Assembly: GCA_022842745.1 (NCBI GenBank)
Contig: JALHPA010000001.1
Location: 1 to 41,008 of the forward strand
DNA length: 41,008 nucleotides
Origin: Pirellulales bacterium
Lineage (GTDB): Bacteria; Planctomycetota; Planctomycetia; Pirellulales; JALHPA01
Reading direction: 5' to 3'
Below the pieces are notes generated by a model. It was not told where the DNA came from. It saw only the letters and a program-made list of their open reading frames with translations, and did not search any database. Numbering within the stretch: position 1 is the stretch's first letter; each line of letters opens with the position of its first letter. Below are positions 1 to 9,303 of this stretch, piece after piece. Both the position numbers and the translations under genes were made by a program.

Positions 1-647
1 GACAAGTCATGGGAGATAAACAGATACGTAAGCCCCATCTCGCGCTTCAGCCGCGTAAGCAAGTTGATCACCTGCGACTGAATCGAAACATCCAAAGCCG
101 AAATCGGCTCGTCGAGCACCAAGAACTTCGGCCGCAGGGCCAACGCGCGGGCGATACTCAGCCGCTGCCGTTGACCACCGGAGAACTCATGGGGATAGCG
201 ATTCAGGTAGCGCGGGTCGAGCCCCACTTGGTGCAAGGCTTCCTTTACAGCGTTCAAACGCTCGCGGCGGTTGCCCAGTCCGTGAATCAGCAAACCCTCT
301 TCCACAATCGCGCGAACCGTCATTCGCGGGTTGAGCGAGCCAAACGGGTCCTGAAACACGATCTGCATATTGCGGCGGACGTTTCGCAAGGCTCGCCCAC
401 CCAGCCGGGAAATGTCCTGACCTTCGAAGCAAACGCTTCCAGCGGTTGGTTTGAGCAACCGAAGCAAAGTCCGGCCGACGGTAGTCTTGCCGCAGCCGCT
501 TTCCCCGACCAACCCAAGCGTTTCCTTGGCGCCGATGGAAAAAGAGATGCCGTCGACCGCCCGCACGTGCGCCGCGATGCGCGAGAACACTCCCCTGCGG
601 ACAGGAAAATGTTGCTTCAGATTTTCAACTTTCACCAAGGGAGTCAT
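1..647 (-). CDS. ABC transporter ATP-binding protein, OppF/DppF (peptide/nickel) type, truncated by the window edge
   Basis: Not in the ORF track because it runs off the left edge. Manual minus-strand translation from ATG 647..645 gives [56 protein letters not shown] (Walker A) ... [19 protein letters not shown] (ABC signature) ... [11 protein letters not shown] (Walker B). The + ORFs 9..764 and 451..780 are its antisense shadow. Confidence 0.85.
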   Translation of the reverse strand, partial: MTPLVKVENLKQHFPVRRGVFSRIAAHVRAVDGISFSIGAKETLGLVGESGCGKTTVGRTLLRLLKPTAGSVCFEGQDISRLGGRALRNVRRNMQIVFQDPFGSLNPRMTVRAIVEEGLLIHGLGNRRERLNAVKEALHQVGLDPRYLNRYPHEFSGGQRQRLSIARALALRPKFLVLDEPISALDVSIQSQVINLLTRLKREMGLTYLFISHDL

Positions 648-749
648 GCAGGCTGCCTACGCGCTTGGGTTTTCGAAAAAGACCGGCGCGACCGCGCCCA
701 TTTGCTCGCTCTGCGTTCGATCGACGCAAGTCGACTTTGTTTTCTCGAC

Positions 750-1766
750 TCATGGGGTCAATAGTTCGCCAGCAAAGTGACATCTTGCCCAATGGCCGGG
801 ATTAATTTCGCGCAATTCCGGTTCTTCGGTGGTGCATCGAGGTTCCCGGCGAAATTCGCAGCGGGGATGGAATTTGCAGCCGGCGGGAAAATGGAGCGGG
901 CTGGGGACCATGCCTGGGATGGTGTGCAACAATTCGTTTCTGGGTTTACCCGGCGCGGGCCGCGACCGGAACAGCCCGAGCGTGTAGGGATGCAACGGAT
1001 TGCGAAACAACTCCCCCACCGGCGCCTGTTCAACGACTTTGGAGGCGTACATCACCGCGACCTGGTCGGCCATTTCGGCGATGATGCCCAGATCGTGCGT
1101 GATTATCAGAATCGACATGCCAAATTCGGCTTGCAGCTCGCGCAGCAGGTCGAGAATTTGGGCTTGGATGGTAACGTCGAGCGCGGTGGTGGGCTCGTCG
1201 GCAATCAGGAGTCGAGGATGGCAGGAGAGGGCCATGGCGATCATCGCCCGCTGACGCATTCCGCCGGAGAACTGGTGCGGATAATCATCGACCCGCCGCT
1301 CGGGATCCGGAATTCGCACCTTTTTGAGCATTTCGATCGCGCGGAGACGGGCGTCCCGGCGCGATGCCCGTTGATGAATGCGGATTGCTTCTCCGATCTG
1401 TTCGCCGATGGTGAACACGGGATTGAGCGAAGTCATCGGCTCTTGAAAGATCATCGAGATTTGCGCGCCGCGCAGACGCCGCATCTCGTCTTCAGGAAGA
1501 TCCGAGAGGACCACGGAATTGCCCCTGACGATCATCTTGACTCGGCCGCCGGCGATTCTTCCGGGAGGCGCCAGAAGCCGAATGATCGACAGCGCCGTTA
1601 CCGATTTGCCACAGCCGCTCTCCCCGACCAGTCCCAAAGTCTTTCCGCGTGGGATGGAGAGCGAAACATCGTCCACTGCGCGGACCATTCCCTCCTCCGT
1701 GGGAAAGTAGGTTTTCAGATTCTCGATTTCAATCAGCGCGTCGGACATATTCGCAACGGTCGGCAT
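750..1766 (-). CDS. ABC transporter ATP-binding protein, OppD/DppD (peptide/nickel) type
   Basis: 338-aa ORF with Walker [13 protein letters not shown], signature [15 protein letters not shown], Walker [13 protein letters not shown] and the C-terminal oligopeptide-ATPase tail ([22 protein letters not shown]). Confidence 0.9.
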   Translation of the reverse strand: MPTVANMSDALIEIENLKTYFPTEEGMVRAVDDVSLSIPRGKTLGLVGESGCGKSVTALSIIRLLAPPGRIAGGRVKMIVRGNSVVLSDLPEDEMRRLRGAQISMIFQEPMTSLNPVFTIGEQIGEAIRIHQRASRRDARLRAIEMLKKVRIPDPERRVDDYPHQFSGGMRQRAMIAMALSCHPRLLIADEPTTALDVTIQAQILDLLRELQAEFGMSILIITHDLGIIAEMADQVAVMYASKVVEQAPVGELFRNPLHPYTLGLFRSRPAPGKPRNELLHTIPGMVPSPLHFPAGCKFHPRCEFRREPRCTTEEPELREINPGHWARCHFAGELLTP

Positions 1767-1814
1767 GTGCTGGGCGCGATCCCGTGCAAGTGTAGAGAAA
1801 GTGCCCCGGACCAG

Positions 1815-4800
1815 CTACGGGTCGAGATCGACTGGAACGCCGGAATTCGCCGGACGGCCGTCGGCTGGCCGGCTGCTTGCAAGCCCCGTTGGATCGTCGT
1901 TTCCACCCGTAGAGGCGCGGGCATGCGCCCCAATAATCTCGAAGTGGGGCCCTCGGTCGCCATTCGATTTTTCTGGCGAGGTTTCGACGCCATTGGAACC
2001 GCTGTGCGCTGTAATGGTTACCGCGTGCCGGCGGTCCTGATCCGCTGGATGACCATGCCGTTCGCCGCTGGGCAATTCGGCCGGCGCGGATTCGCTGGGG
2101 GAGATTGCAATCTGACCGGTCCATGTCCCGACGGTCGTCGCCAACCAGGATTTTGTCTCCAGGGCAAGACTGAAAAGGCTGGGAACCAAGAACAAAGTGA
2201 ACACGGTCGAAACCAGCAACCCACCGAGCAAGACCGCTCCCAGGCCGCGGTACAGCTCGCTGCCGGCGCCGGGAGATATGACCAGCGGCAGTAGACCGAA
2301 GAAACCGATCAGAGTGGTCATGAAAATGGGTCGGATGCGGGTGCGAACGCTCTCGACGACAGCCTGTCGATGCGGAAGTTTCTGTTCCTCGATCAAGTTC
2401 AGCGCCTGTTCGACGATGAGGATCGGATTATTGACCACAGTGCCCACCAGAATGATGAATCCCAGCATCGTGAGCACGTCGAGCGATTGAGGAATTCCAA
2501 TAAGGTTGAGGAATTGCAAACCTGCGAAGCCGCCCAGCGCGCCCAACGGCACACTGAGAATGATCACAAAAGGATAGAGCCAGGATTCGAACAGGGCCGC
2601 CATCACCAGGTAAGTGATGATGAGGGCCAGCAGCAGGTTCCATTTCATCGCATTCCAAGCCAAGCGCAGCTTGTCGGCGGTGCCGGCCAGATTGATCTCG
2701 TACAGACCATCGCCAATTTGCCCTGACTGTCGTAAGGGGGCGACAATCTGCGTGGCGATCCGCTCCACCGCTTCCTCCAAGGGTACGTTCGGCGGCGGCT
2801 GGACTTGGACGGTAATGTTGCGAGTCCTTTCGCGGCGGTTGATTTGCTCAGGTCCAAAGCTCCTATCGATTTTCGCAACGGCGCTTAGTTCGGTAAGGCC
2901 TCCCTCCGGAGTCGCGATCGGGAGCTTGGCGAGATCCTCCACCTTATTGGCGAATTTCTCGTCCCCCACGATCGAAAGATCGATCTTGTCCCCATCGAGA
3001 TAGAAATCGGTAGCGTAGGCGCCATCGACGAGCGCATTGACGGCGTAGCCGATCTCATTGGCGCGGAGGCCGTTGTCCTCGGCTTGTTCGGTCTTGGGAA
3101 TGACGTGCATTTCCGGACTGGAGAGATCGAGGCTCGGTTTGGGGATCGCGCGGGCCAGAGGCGAGCCATCGGGGGCTCGTTCTGGAAATACCTCTCCCAT
3201 CCGCTGAAATATCTGACCGCCGATGCCCACCAGCTTTTCAATTTCCGGACCGGTGATTTCGATGTCGATACTGCGACCGGCGGTCAGCCCTTGCTCGAAC
3301 AGGCTGGATTGGAAGGCCAAAACCATCGTGCCAGGCTCGAGGCCGCTAAGACTGTACATCAGCGGTACCAATTCAGCCGCGCGGGCAGGATCGTGGGCGC
3401 GCAAACCCAGAAACAACTGACGCCCCCTGGCAACGTAGAAGAAATCGCCGATCGGAGGGAAGGGGAGCGCTTTGGCCTGTTCGGAATCGGGATCGACGTC
3501 CCAATAGGGGCGAAGTTTGGTTTCGATATCAGCCCCCATGTCGCGCATCTTTTCGAGATTGTAACCGGGGGGGGGAAGCATCAGGCCGATGATCAGGTTG
3601 CGGTTGCCGTTGGGGAGGTATTCCACCTTCGGCATGAGCAAAAAAATCAGGACAATCGACAGGACAACGAACACGAAGGTGGCGCCGACCATTCGCCAAA
3701 CGCTGCCTTGCAGCCAAGCGTTGATAGCTCCGACCCGGTGAACGAACGCCGAGCCGAACGAGTCGAGAAGTCCAAGACCGCGATGAAGTCGTTCGTGAAC
3801 GACATGCCGAATGTTGCCAGACGAAGGATTGGCATGACCGTTCTCGCTGATTGGACGATGGTCGTTCCCGGGCTTTGTGGCGCCAAAGATCCGTGCCCCG
3901 GCCGTGGGAACAACCACCAGAGCCACAAGCAACGAAATAGCCAACGCGGAAGCCGTGGCCAAGGCGATGTCCCGGAACAACTGGCCAGCTTCATCCTGTA
4001 CGAAGAGCACGGGGATGAACACGGCCAGGTTGGCCAACGTGCTGGTGACCACCGCGCCCCAGACCTCACTTGTGCCGCGAATGGCCGCCTGGAACGGCGT
4101 CGCCCCCTGTTGCCGGTGGCGAAAACCGTTCTCCAGCACGACGATGAAGTTATCGACGAGCATGCCGACTGCAAACGCAATTCCAGCCAGGCTAGGCACA
4201 TTCAACGTGCGACCCATCAGGCTCATCATCAGAAACATGCCGATGATGCTGACCGCGATCGAGAGGAAGACGACGATCGAGGCCCTGGCGCTGCGCAAGA
4301 ACAGCAATAGCACGATGAGCGTCAGCGCGGCCCCTTCCCAGATATTCTCCCAGACTAGATTGATTGACGAGTGGATATACTCGGTCTCGTCATAGACCTG
4401 GGCCAATTGCAGTTGCTTCGATTTGAGCGCCCCTTCGTTCAATTCCTTGACGGCGATTTGTAAGCCGTCCATCACTTCAAGCACGTTGGTGCCGGTGCGG
4501 CGCAAGACGTTGATCGCAATCACCGAAGTGCCGAAGCGGCGGACCATGCCGTCGGGCTTTTTGTAGCCCAAGCGGACTTCGGCTACGTCGCGGACGTATA
4601 CTGGTCGATCTTCGCTGCGAAGGATCACGGCGCCGGCCACCTGTTCTGGAGAGCGGAATCGGCCCAGCGTCCGCACGACCCAGCGGCGTTTGCCCTCCCA
4701 GAAATCGCCCCCCGAAACATCGAAATTCTGATCGCGCAGCGCGTCGCGCACGTCGGCAATGGTGATCTGGCGAGCGGCGAGCTTCTCCGGATCGACGATA

Positions 4801-5513
4801 ACCTGCAATTCGTCCTCCTGCCCGCCCAGGACGTTAGCGCCGGAGACGCCGTTGACCTTCTCGAATCGAGCTTCGACGGTATCTTCGGCATACCGCCGGA
4901 GCTTGGAAATGTCGATCGGGGGGGGGAGCAGGGCGCCCAGATCGGGTTGTTTTGCGACCAATTCGCGGAGGCGGAACAAGGCCAGTCCAGGGTTTGGCGT
5001 CGCGGCGATGCGGTCCAGATCGGCGGCTAGCTTCGGGTGGGCCGATCGGGCGGCCTGGATGGCGTCGAGGTCCGGCAGTCGCTGAGTGAGAATGAACCAA
5101 GCAATCGGTCGATCGGCCGCGTTGGAAGTGTTGATAACGGGCTTGTCGGCATCGACGGGATACTCGCGCACCTGCTGCAAGCGAGAACTGACAGTGGTGA
5201 TTGCCGAATCGAGATTGGCGCCGACGGCGAATTCAAGCGTGATCTTTCCGGAGGAGTCGCTGCTCTCGCTCGACATCTTCGTGACGCCTTCGACGCTTTG
5301 CAGTTGTTCCTCCTGCTCCTGGATGATTTCGCGTTCGATTTCCTGAGGGCTGGCGCCAACCCAGCGGGTCTCGATCGTGAGGGTGGGGATTTGGACCTCT
5401 GGAATCAATTGCACCGGCATCCGGCCGATGGAAATCAATCCAAACATGCAGATCAAGATCACGCCCACGGCGACCTTGACTGGATTTCGAACGAAGTTCT
5501 CGATCTGTTGCAT
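1815..5513 (-). CDS. RND efflux transporter permease (AcrB-like), with a long low-complexity C-terminal tail
   Basis: 1232-aa ORF. N-terminal TM1 (VKVAVGVILICMFGLISIG) is followed by the porter-domain start LIPEVQIPTLTIETRWVGASPQEIE. Two homologous halves each carry multi-TM bundles (VGMLVDNFIVVLEN and VGTVVNNPILIVEQ). The last ~125 aa are Ser/Gly/Pro/Arg-rich. Confidence 0.9.
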   Translation of the reverse strand: MQQIENFVRNPVKVAVGVILICMFGLISIGRMPVQLIPEVQIPTLTIETRWVGASPQEIEREIIQEQEEQLQSVEGVTKMSSESSDSSGKITLEFAVGANLDSAITTVSSRLQQVREYPVDADKPVINTSNAADRPIAWFILTQRLPDLDAIQAARSAHPKLAADLDRIAATPNPGLALFRLRELVAKQPDLGALLPPPIDISKLRRYAEDTVEARFEKVNGVSGANVLGGQEDELQVIVDPEKLAARQITIADVRDALRDQNFDVSGGDFWEGKRRWVVRTLGRFRSPEQVAGAVILRSEDRPVYVRDVAEVRLGYKKPDGMVRRFGTSVIAINVLRRTGTNVLEVMDGLQIAVKELNEGALKSKQLQLAQVYDETEYIHSSINLVWENIWEGAALTLIVLLLFLRSARASIVVFLSIAVSIIGMFLMMSLMGRTLNVPSLAGIAFAVGMLVDNFIVVLENGFRHRQQGATPFQAAIRGTSEVWGAVVTSTLANLAVFIPVLFVQDEAGQLFRDIALATASALAISLLVALVVVPTAGARIFGATKPGNDHRPISENGHANPSSGNIRHVVHERLHRGLGLLDSFGSAFVHRVGAINAWLQGSVWRMVGATFVFVVLSIVLIFLLMPKVEYLPNGNRNLIIGLMLPPPGYNLEKMRDMGADIETKLRPYWDVDPDSEQAKALPFPPIGDFFYVARGRQLFLGLRAHDPARAAELVPLMYSLSGLEPGTMVLAFQSSLFEQGLTAGRSIDIEITGPEIEKLVGIGGQIFQRMGEVFPERAPDGSPLARAIPKPSLDLSSPEMHVIPKTEQAEDNGLRANEIGYAVNALVDGAYATDFYLDGDKIDLSIVGDEKFANKVEDLAKLPIATPEGGLTELSAVAKIDRSFGPEQINRRERTRNITVQVQPPPNVPLEEAVERIATQIVAPLRQSGQIGDGLYEINLAGTADKLRLAWNAMKWNLLLALIITYLVMAALFESWLYPFVIILSVPLGALGGFAGLQFLNLIGIPQSLDVLTMLGFIILVGTVVNNPILIVEQALNLIEEQKLPHRQAVVESVRTRIRPIFMTTLIGFFGLLPLVISPGAGSELYRGLGAVLLGGLLVSTVFTLFLVPSLFSLALETKSWLATTVGTWTGQIAISPSESAPAELPSGERHGHPADQDRRHAVTITAHSGSNGVETSPEKSNGDRGPHFEIIGAHARASTGGNDDPTGLASSRPADGRPANSGVPVDLDP

Positions 5514-5540
5514 GATTTAGGTCTGGCTGCGGCCGCCGCC

Positions 5541-6902
5541 CTAGCGCTGTGCGTCATTCGACGCGGTTTTGGCCGATTTTTCGGAGGCCGCTTCTTGCAC
5601 GCGGAGGATCGCAACGCTCTGCTGCGGCATGATCCGTTCGTTGCCTTGGACGACCACCAAGTCGTTGGGTTTTACCTGCCCCTTGGCCTGAATCCATCCG
5701 TTCCAAGCCACTCCTAATTCGATGGGAACATGCCGGGCTTTGCCGGACTTGCCTCCGTCGGTCGAGTCGACCACCACGACCATCGGCGAGGCGCCACCCA
5801 GCACGATCGCATCCTTCGGAATCAATATCGCGGCCTGAACTTTGCCAACGGGCACGGTCGCGCGGCCAATCATGCCTCCTTTGATGACTGGCTGATTGTC
5901 TTGAAGGCGGTTCTCAATGCGGATCTTGACGGGGAAATTGCGGGTTCTGAGATCGGCTTGGGGTACAATTTCGGCCACCCGGCCGACGAAGCGTTCGCCA
6001 GCCAGCGAGGTTATTTCCACTTGCGCCTCATCCCCAACCCGCATCTTAGGCACGTAGTCTTCGAGCACCTGAATTTGGATGTCCGCCTGGTCGAGCTCTG
6101 CCACGCGGGCGATCAACCCGCCCCGCGAGACCCACTGCCCCACTTCGGAGTTTTCAGCAATTACGTAGCCGTCAAAAGGGGCTTTGATGGTATGCTTGCC
6201 CAGTTGGTCGCGAATTCGATTGATCTCCTCTTGCTGCACGGCGACCTTGGCCTCCGCCTGGTCGATGGACTCCTTGCGGGCGCCCTTCTCGGCGAGTTCA
6301 AAGGCAATACGGGCGTCAATCCAGGCTTGCTGCGCCTGAACGGCGGCCGACGAGATTTCTTCGATCTGGTCGTCCGTAAAGGCTCGCTTGTCGGGCATCT
6401 TGCGAAACCGATCGTAGCGGCCGATGGCGTAATCCCTGGCCGCCAGCTTGCCGGCCAGACGGGCCTTGGCTTGCTCGATTTCCTCCGGTCGCGCGCGCCG
6501 CAATTCTTCTAACGCCGCCTCGCGCAACCGCAATTCGGCTTCGGCGCCCCGCAATTCGATTTCCAGCAATCCGGTCAATAGTTGGGCCAATGTCTGGCCC
6601 TTCTTGACTCGGTTGCCCGTGCGAATGGGGTATTCGACCACGCGACCATCTACGGCGCTGCCGACGTCGCTGACCCGCGTTGGCGTTACCGTGCCAACGA
6701 ACGTGTGCCCGGTGACGACCTCGCGTTGCTGAACGCGAGCGACGACAACGGGAATCGGCGGCGCGCCGCCAGGAGGTTGCGCTAGCGACGCAGCGGCAAA
6801 TGCCGACACGACCATTGCGCAGGCCAACGAGGTGGCCAGTCGCGCCCGATTCCCGTTTCCTCGCAGGTTCTTATGGTCGTAAGGGACGGAGGAATTGTTC
6901 AT
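5541..6902 (-). CDS. RND efflux periplasmic adaptor (membrane fusion protein, HlyD family)
   Basis: 453-aa ORF with an N-terminal anchor/signal, a lipoyl-like segment (VSDVGSAVDGRVVEYPIRTGNRVKKGQTLAQL), a long alpha-hairpin (EAELRLREAALEELRRARPEEIEQAKARL) and C-terminal beta domains. It ends 27 bp upstream of the RND gene. Confidence 0.85.
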   Translation of the reverse strand: MNNSSVPYDHKNLRGNGNRARLATSLACAMVVSAFAAASLAQPPGGAPPIPVVVARVQQREVVTGHTFVGTVTPTRVSDVGSAVDGRVVEYPIRTGNRVKKGQTLAQLLTGLLEIELRGAEAELRLREAALEELRRARPEEIEQAKARLAGKLAARDYAIGRYDRFRKMPDKRAFTDDQIEEISSAAVQAQQAWIDARIAFELAEKGARKESIDQAEAKVAVQQEEINRIRDQLGKHTIKAPFDGYVIAENSEVGQWVSRGGLIARVAELDQADIQIQVLEDYVPKMRVGDEAQVEITSLAGERFVGRVAEIVPQADLRTRNFPVKIRIENRLQDNQPVIKGGMIGRATVPVGKVQAAILIPKDAIVLGGASPMVVVVDSTDGGKSGKARHVPIELGVAWNGWIQAKGQVKPNDLVVVQGNERIMPQQSVAILRVQEAASEKSAKTASNDAQR

Positions 6903-6984
6903 ACTTCAAGAAGGAGTCGTTTCGACGGTAAAAAGTTCGGATTCACGGCCCAAAAAAGCCAAGACGCCATGCATGGAACATTAC

Positions 6985-7581
6985 TCAGGGGATAGATTCA
7001 AAAGCGGGCGGACGGGCTGGACGCTTTGAATCGGTCGGATGGCGCCCGGCACGGGTTCCATCGCGCTCGATGGACTGGTCCGCCACCCGCGGCGAAGGTC
7101 GCCCGGCATGAGGAGGACCGGCGAGATTGGCGATTACTCGAGAAGTAAGGCTCTTAAGCAATGCTTGCTCTTCCCGGGTCAGGCCTTGATTCCCTCGATC
7201 TCTTACCGCATCGGAACAGGCAATAATCGTGGACCAGATCGGCTCCGCTTTTGGCAGCGCGCGAATGAGTTTGCGACGGCGGTCGTCGCTGCAATTCTCG
7301 CGGCGGATCCACCCCTCGCGCTCCATTCGATCGAGAATGCCGACGAGCGTAGGGGGTTCAATTCGCATCCGATCGGCGAGATCGGTCTGAGACAAGTCGC
7401 CTTCCAGTGCCAGCCATCCCAGCACCTGGCATTGACGGTAGGTGATTCCCGTGGGGGACAATTGTTCGTTCATGGCTCGCTCAAACGCACGGGACGCCAT
7501 GCAGATCCAAAATCCAATGCTCTCTTCAAAGTTGTGTTTCAGCATGCCGAGAAGCAGAGTGGAAAATTCGTTAGTGGGCAA
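6985..7581 (-). CDS. MarR family transcriptional regulator
   Basis: Winged-helix MarR pattern LSPTGITYRQCQVLGWLALEGDLSQTDLADRMRIEPPTLVGILDRMEREGWIRR...DRRRKLI. The ORF-track start at 7581 is TTG. ATG 7545 (MLKHNF) is a plausible alternative start. Confidence 0.85.
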   Translation of the reverse strand: MPTNEFSTLLLGMLKHNFEESIGFWICMASRAFERAMNEQLSPTGITYRQCQVLGWLALEGDLSQTDLADRMRIEPPTLVGILDRMEREGWIRRENCSDDRRRKLIRALPKAEPIWSTIIACSDAVRDRGNQGLTREEQALLKSLTSRVIANLAGPPHAGRPSPRVADQSIERDGTRAGRHPTDSKRPARPPAFESIP

Positions 7582-7751
7582 ATAGTTAGGCTGCTACATA
7601 ATATCTAACCGATCCCCCCTGGAACAGTCCTGCGGCTCAAATCCTACCGAAACTACCCAACCAGGCACGTCGATCGGGCAATACTGGACGAGAATACGCG
7701 GAATGAAAGGTGGGTACGACCGAAAACCCGCCCGCCAATCCGCTTCGCGAG

Positions 7752-8084
7752 TTACCGGCTCGTGATCCTAGCCGAAACTCCGCCAATGTCCGGCTCGTAG
7801 CCGGCGCGCTGGACCACTTCGGCAATGGTTTCCGTCTTGATGTCCGACCTGGGTTCAAGCGTGACGGTCGCTCGCTCTTTCTCCAGCGAGACCGAGACCG
7901 ACTGGACGCCTGGGAGTGCTTTCAGCTCCCTGGTCAGGTGGTCCACGCACCCGTCACAGACCATCCCGCGCACTCCCAGTTCGATCTGTTGAGGACGAGC
8001 GCGCAGTTCGTTGAGGGCGACCCCAGCGACCAGAATTGCAGTAACGAAGCTCAAAATGATGATCCAGCGGCGGGAGGAATTCAT
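7752..8084 (-). CDS. membrane-anchored heavy-metal-associated (HMA) domain protein
   Basis: One TM helix (RRWIIILSFVTAILVAGVAL) followed by an HMA fold with the metal-binding motif GMVCDGC and VSVSLEKERATVTL. The ORF track begins at TTG 8111; I prefer ATG 8084 (MNSSRRW). Confidence 0.8.
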   Translation of the reverse strand: MNSSRRWIIILSFVTAILVAGVALNELRARPQQIELGVRGMVCDGCVDHLTRELKALPGVQSVSVSLEKERATVTLEPRSDIKTETIAEVVQRAGYEPDIGGVSARITSR

Positions 8085-8311
8085 CGGAGGGGATGCCTGG
8101 GTGCGAGACAAATCGACTGATCGCTACTTGTGAGGTTCTTCAAATATAGCCGTTGCAATCAAGATGGGCTAAAAGGAGCGAAAATAGAGAGACTGGGTAG
8201 GTCATGCCCGTCTAAGGCATGCGCTGCCCGGCGACGGTCTGGGATCCGCAGTATTCTGCTGGCGAACTGTGCCGATTCAAGAAGAAATAGACTCGCTTTG
8301 GGAGACCTCTT

Positions 8312-9148
8312 ATGAAGTTTCGATGGGTGTCGATCTGGATGATTTTTCTGGCATTTTCCTGTTGGGCGCAAGCCCAACCGGCATCGGAGGATCGGGGCAA
8401 CGCGGAATCGGCGGCCGCCGAAGCGGACGAAATTGAAACCGATCGCGACTCTTTCACCCCAGCCATGACGACCGTCGGGCGGGGAAGGGTTGTGGTCGAA
8501 ACGGCCTATACATTTATCGACAACCGGGAAGTCTACGAAACTCATAGTCTTCCCGAATTGCTGATCCGCGCCGGCATTGCGGAGCGGCTCGAATTGCGAT
8601 TCGGTTCCAACTATGAAGTTGGAGGCGCTGGCAATCCCGTCTCCGCCAATACACCGGATGACCTGGCCGACCGGTCTGAACTCGAGGAGGCGACCAACGT
8701 CTCGTACGGGCTTAAGTATTTGGCTTGGGAGGGCGAAGGGGCGATTCCACAGACCGGGATACTTCTCAACGGGTTCACGCCAACCAGCGGCGAAGTGACC
8801 GACACGCACATGTCGGGGACTATTTTCACGGGTTGGACTTGGCCAAAGGGCTGGAGTTGGGATTCGGCCTTGCGATTCAGCACCGGGAGCCTGGAAGAGG
8901 ACCGATTTCACATTTGGGCGCCCTCCACGGTGGTAAAAATCCCGGTAGGCGATCGCTGGAAGGTGCATGCGGAGTATTTCGGGATTTTTAGCGATGGCCG
9001 AGAACACGAATCCGTGCAACACTTCTTCAGTCCGGGGGCGCATTATTTGATCACGCCGGATTGGGAGATGGGCGCACGGGTTGGCTGGGGATTAAATGAC
9101 CAGGCGCCGAATTTCTTCGTCAATGTCGGCGGCGGCTATCGCTTTTGA
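8312..9148 (+). CDS. outer-membrane beta-barrel protein, similar to the MetA-pathway/'transporter' OM family
   Basis: Signal peptide MKFRWVSIWMIFLAFSCWAQA, then ETDRDSFTPAMTTVGRGRVVVETAYTF, alternating-hydrophobic strands and a C-terminal GGGYRF. GGGAGA lies 6 nt before the ATG. Preferred over the opposite-strand ORF 8159..9043, which is Arg/Pro-rich with no motif. Confidence 0.6.
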   Translation: MKFRWVSIWMIFLAFSCWAQAQPASEDRGNAESAAAEADEIETDRDSFTPAMTTVGRGRVVVETAYTFIDNREVYETHSLPELLIRAGIAERLELRFGSNYEVGGAGNPVSANTPDDLADRSELEEATNVSYGLKYLAWEGEGAIPQTGILLNGFTPTSGEVTDTHMSGTIFTGWTWPKGWSWDSALRFSTGSLEEDRFHIWAPSTVVKIPVGDRWKVHAEYFGIFSDGREHESVQHFFSPGAHYLITPDWEMGARVGWGLNDQAPNFFVNVGGGYRF

Positions 9149-9154
9149 AAGCTC

Positions 9155-9187
9155 GGAAACCGTCGTCCGGGTTTTCTCTTCTGTTGC
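9155..9187 (+). terminator. candidate intrinsic terminator after the beta-barrel gene
   Basis: GGAAACC (9155..9161) pairs with GGTTTTC (9170..9176; 7 bp including one G-U) around an 8-nt loop. A T-rich tail TCTTCTGTT follows, starting 7 nt after the stop codon. Confidence 0.4.
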
Positions 9188-9303
9188 AGGCCACGTGAAG
9201 AACGTGTCGCCGGCGGCGGAGCTTTGCACCGATTTGCCTAGGGGGGCGAATTGCCGGTAGACTAGGCTGGTAAGCCGACGCCATCCCGTCGCTGGAACCC
9301 TCC

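Noticed and set aside
9-764. 251-aa + strand ORF (and 451..780)
   Set aside because: This is the antisense shadow of the OppF-type gene. It contains the tell-tale LPQPLSPT string, the reverse-complement reading of a GESGCGK Walker A, and is otherwise Arg/Gln-rich.
777-2294. 505-aa + strand ORF
   Set aside because: It lies antisense to oppD and the RND tail, is Arg/Gly/His-rich and has no motifs. The opposite strand carries unambiguous ABC and RND signatures.
3084-4310. 408-aa + strand ORF, plus other long ORFs inside the RND/MFP genes (3647..4201, 3877..4395, 5037..5717, 5730..6512)
   Set aside because: These are off-frame or antisense ORFs typical of GC-rich DNA. The minus-strand RND and MFP frames have clear family motifs.
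7585-7609. GTTAG-N15-CTAAC inverted repeat with TATTAT (minus strand) upstream of marR as a MarR operator/promoter
   Set aside because: The arms are only 5 bp and there is no acceptable -35 at 16-18 bp spacing. Too weak to report as a feature.
8159-9043. 294-aa minus-strand ORF overlapping the beta-barrel gene
   Set aside because: It is Arg/Pro-rich with no signal peptide or motif. The + strand ORF has a signal peptide, an RBS and OM-barrel features.
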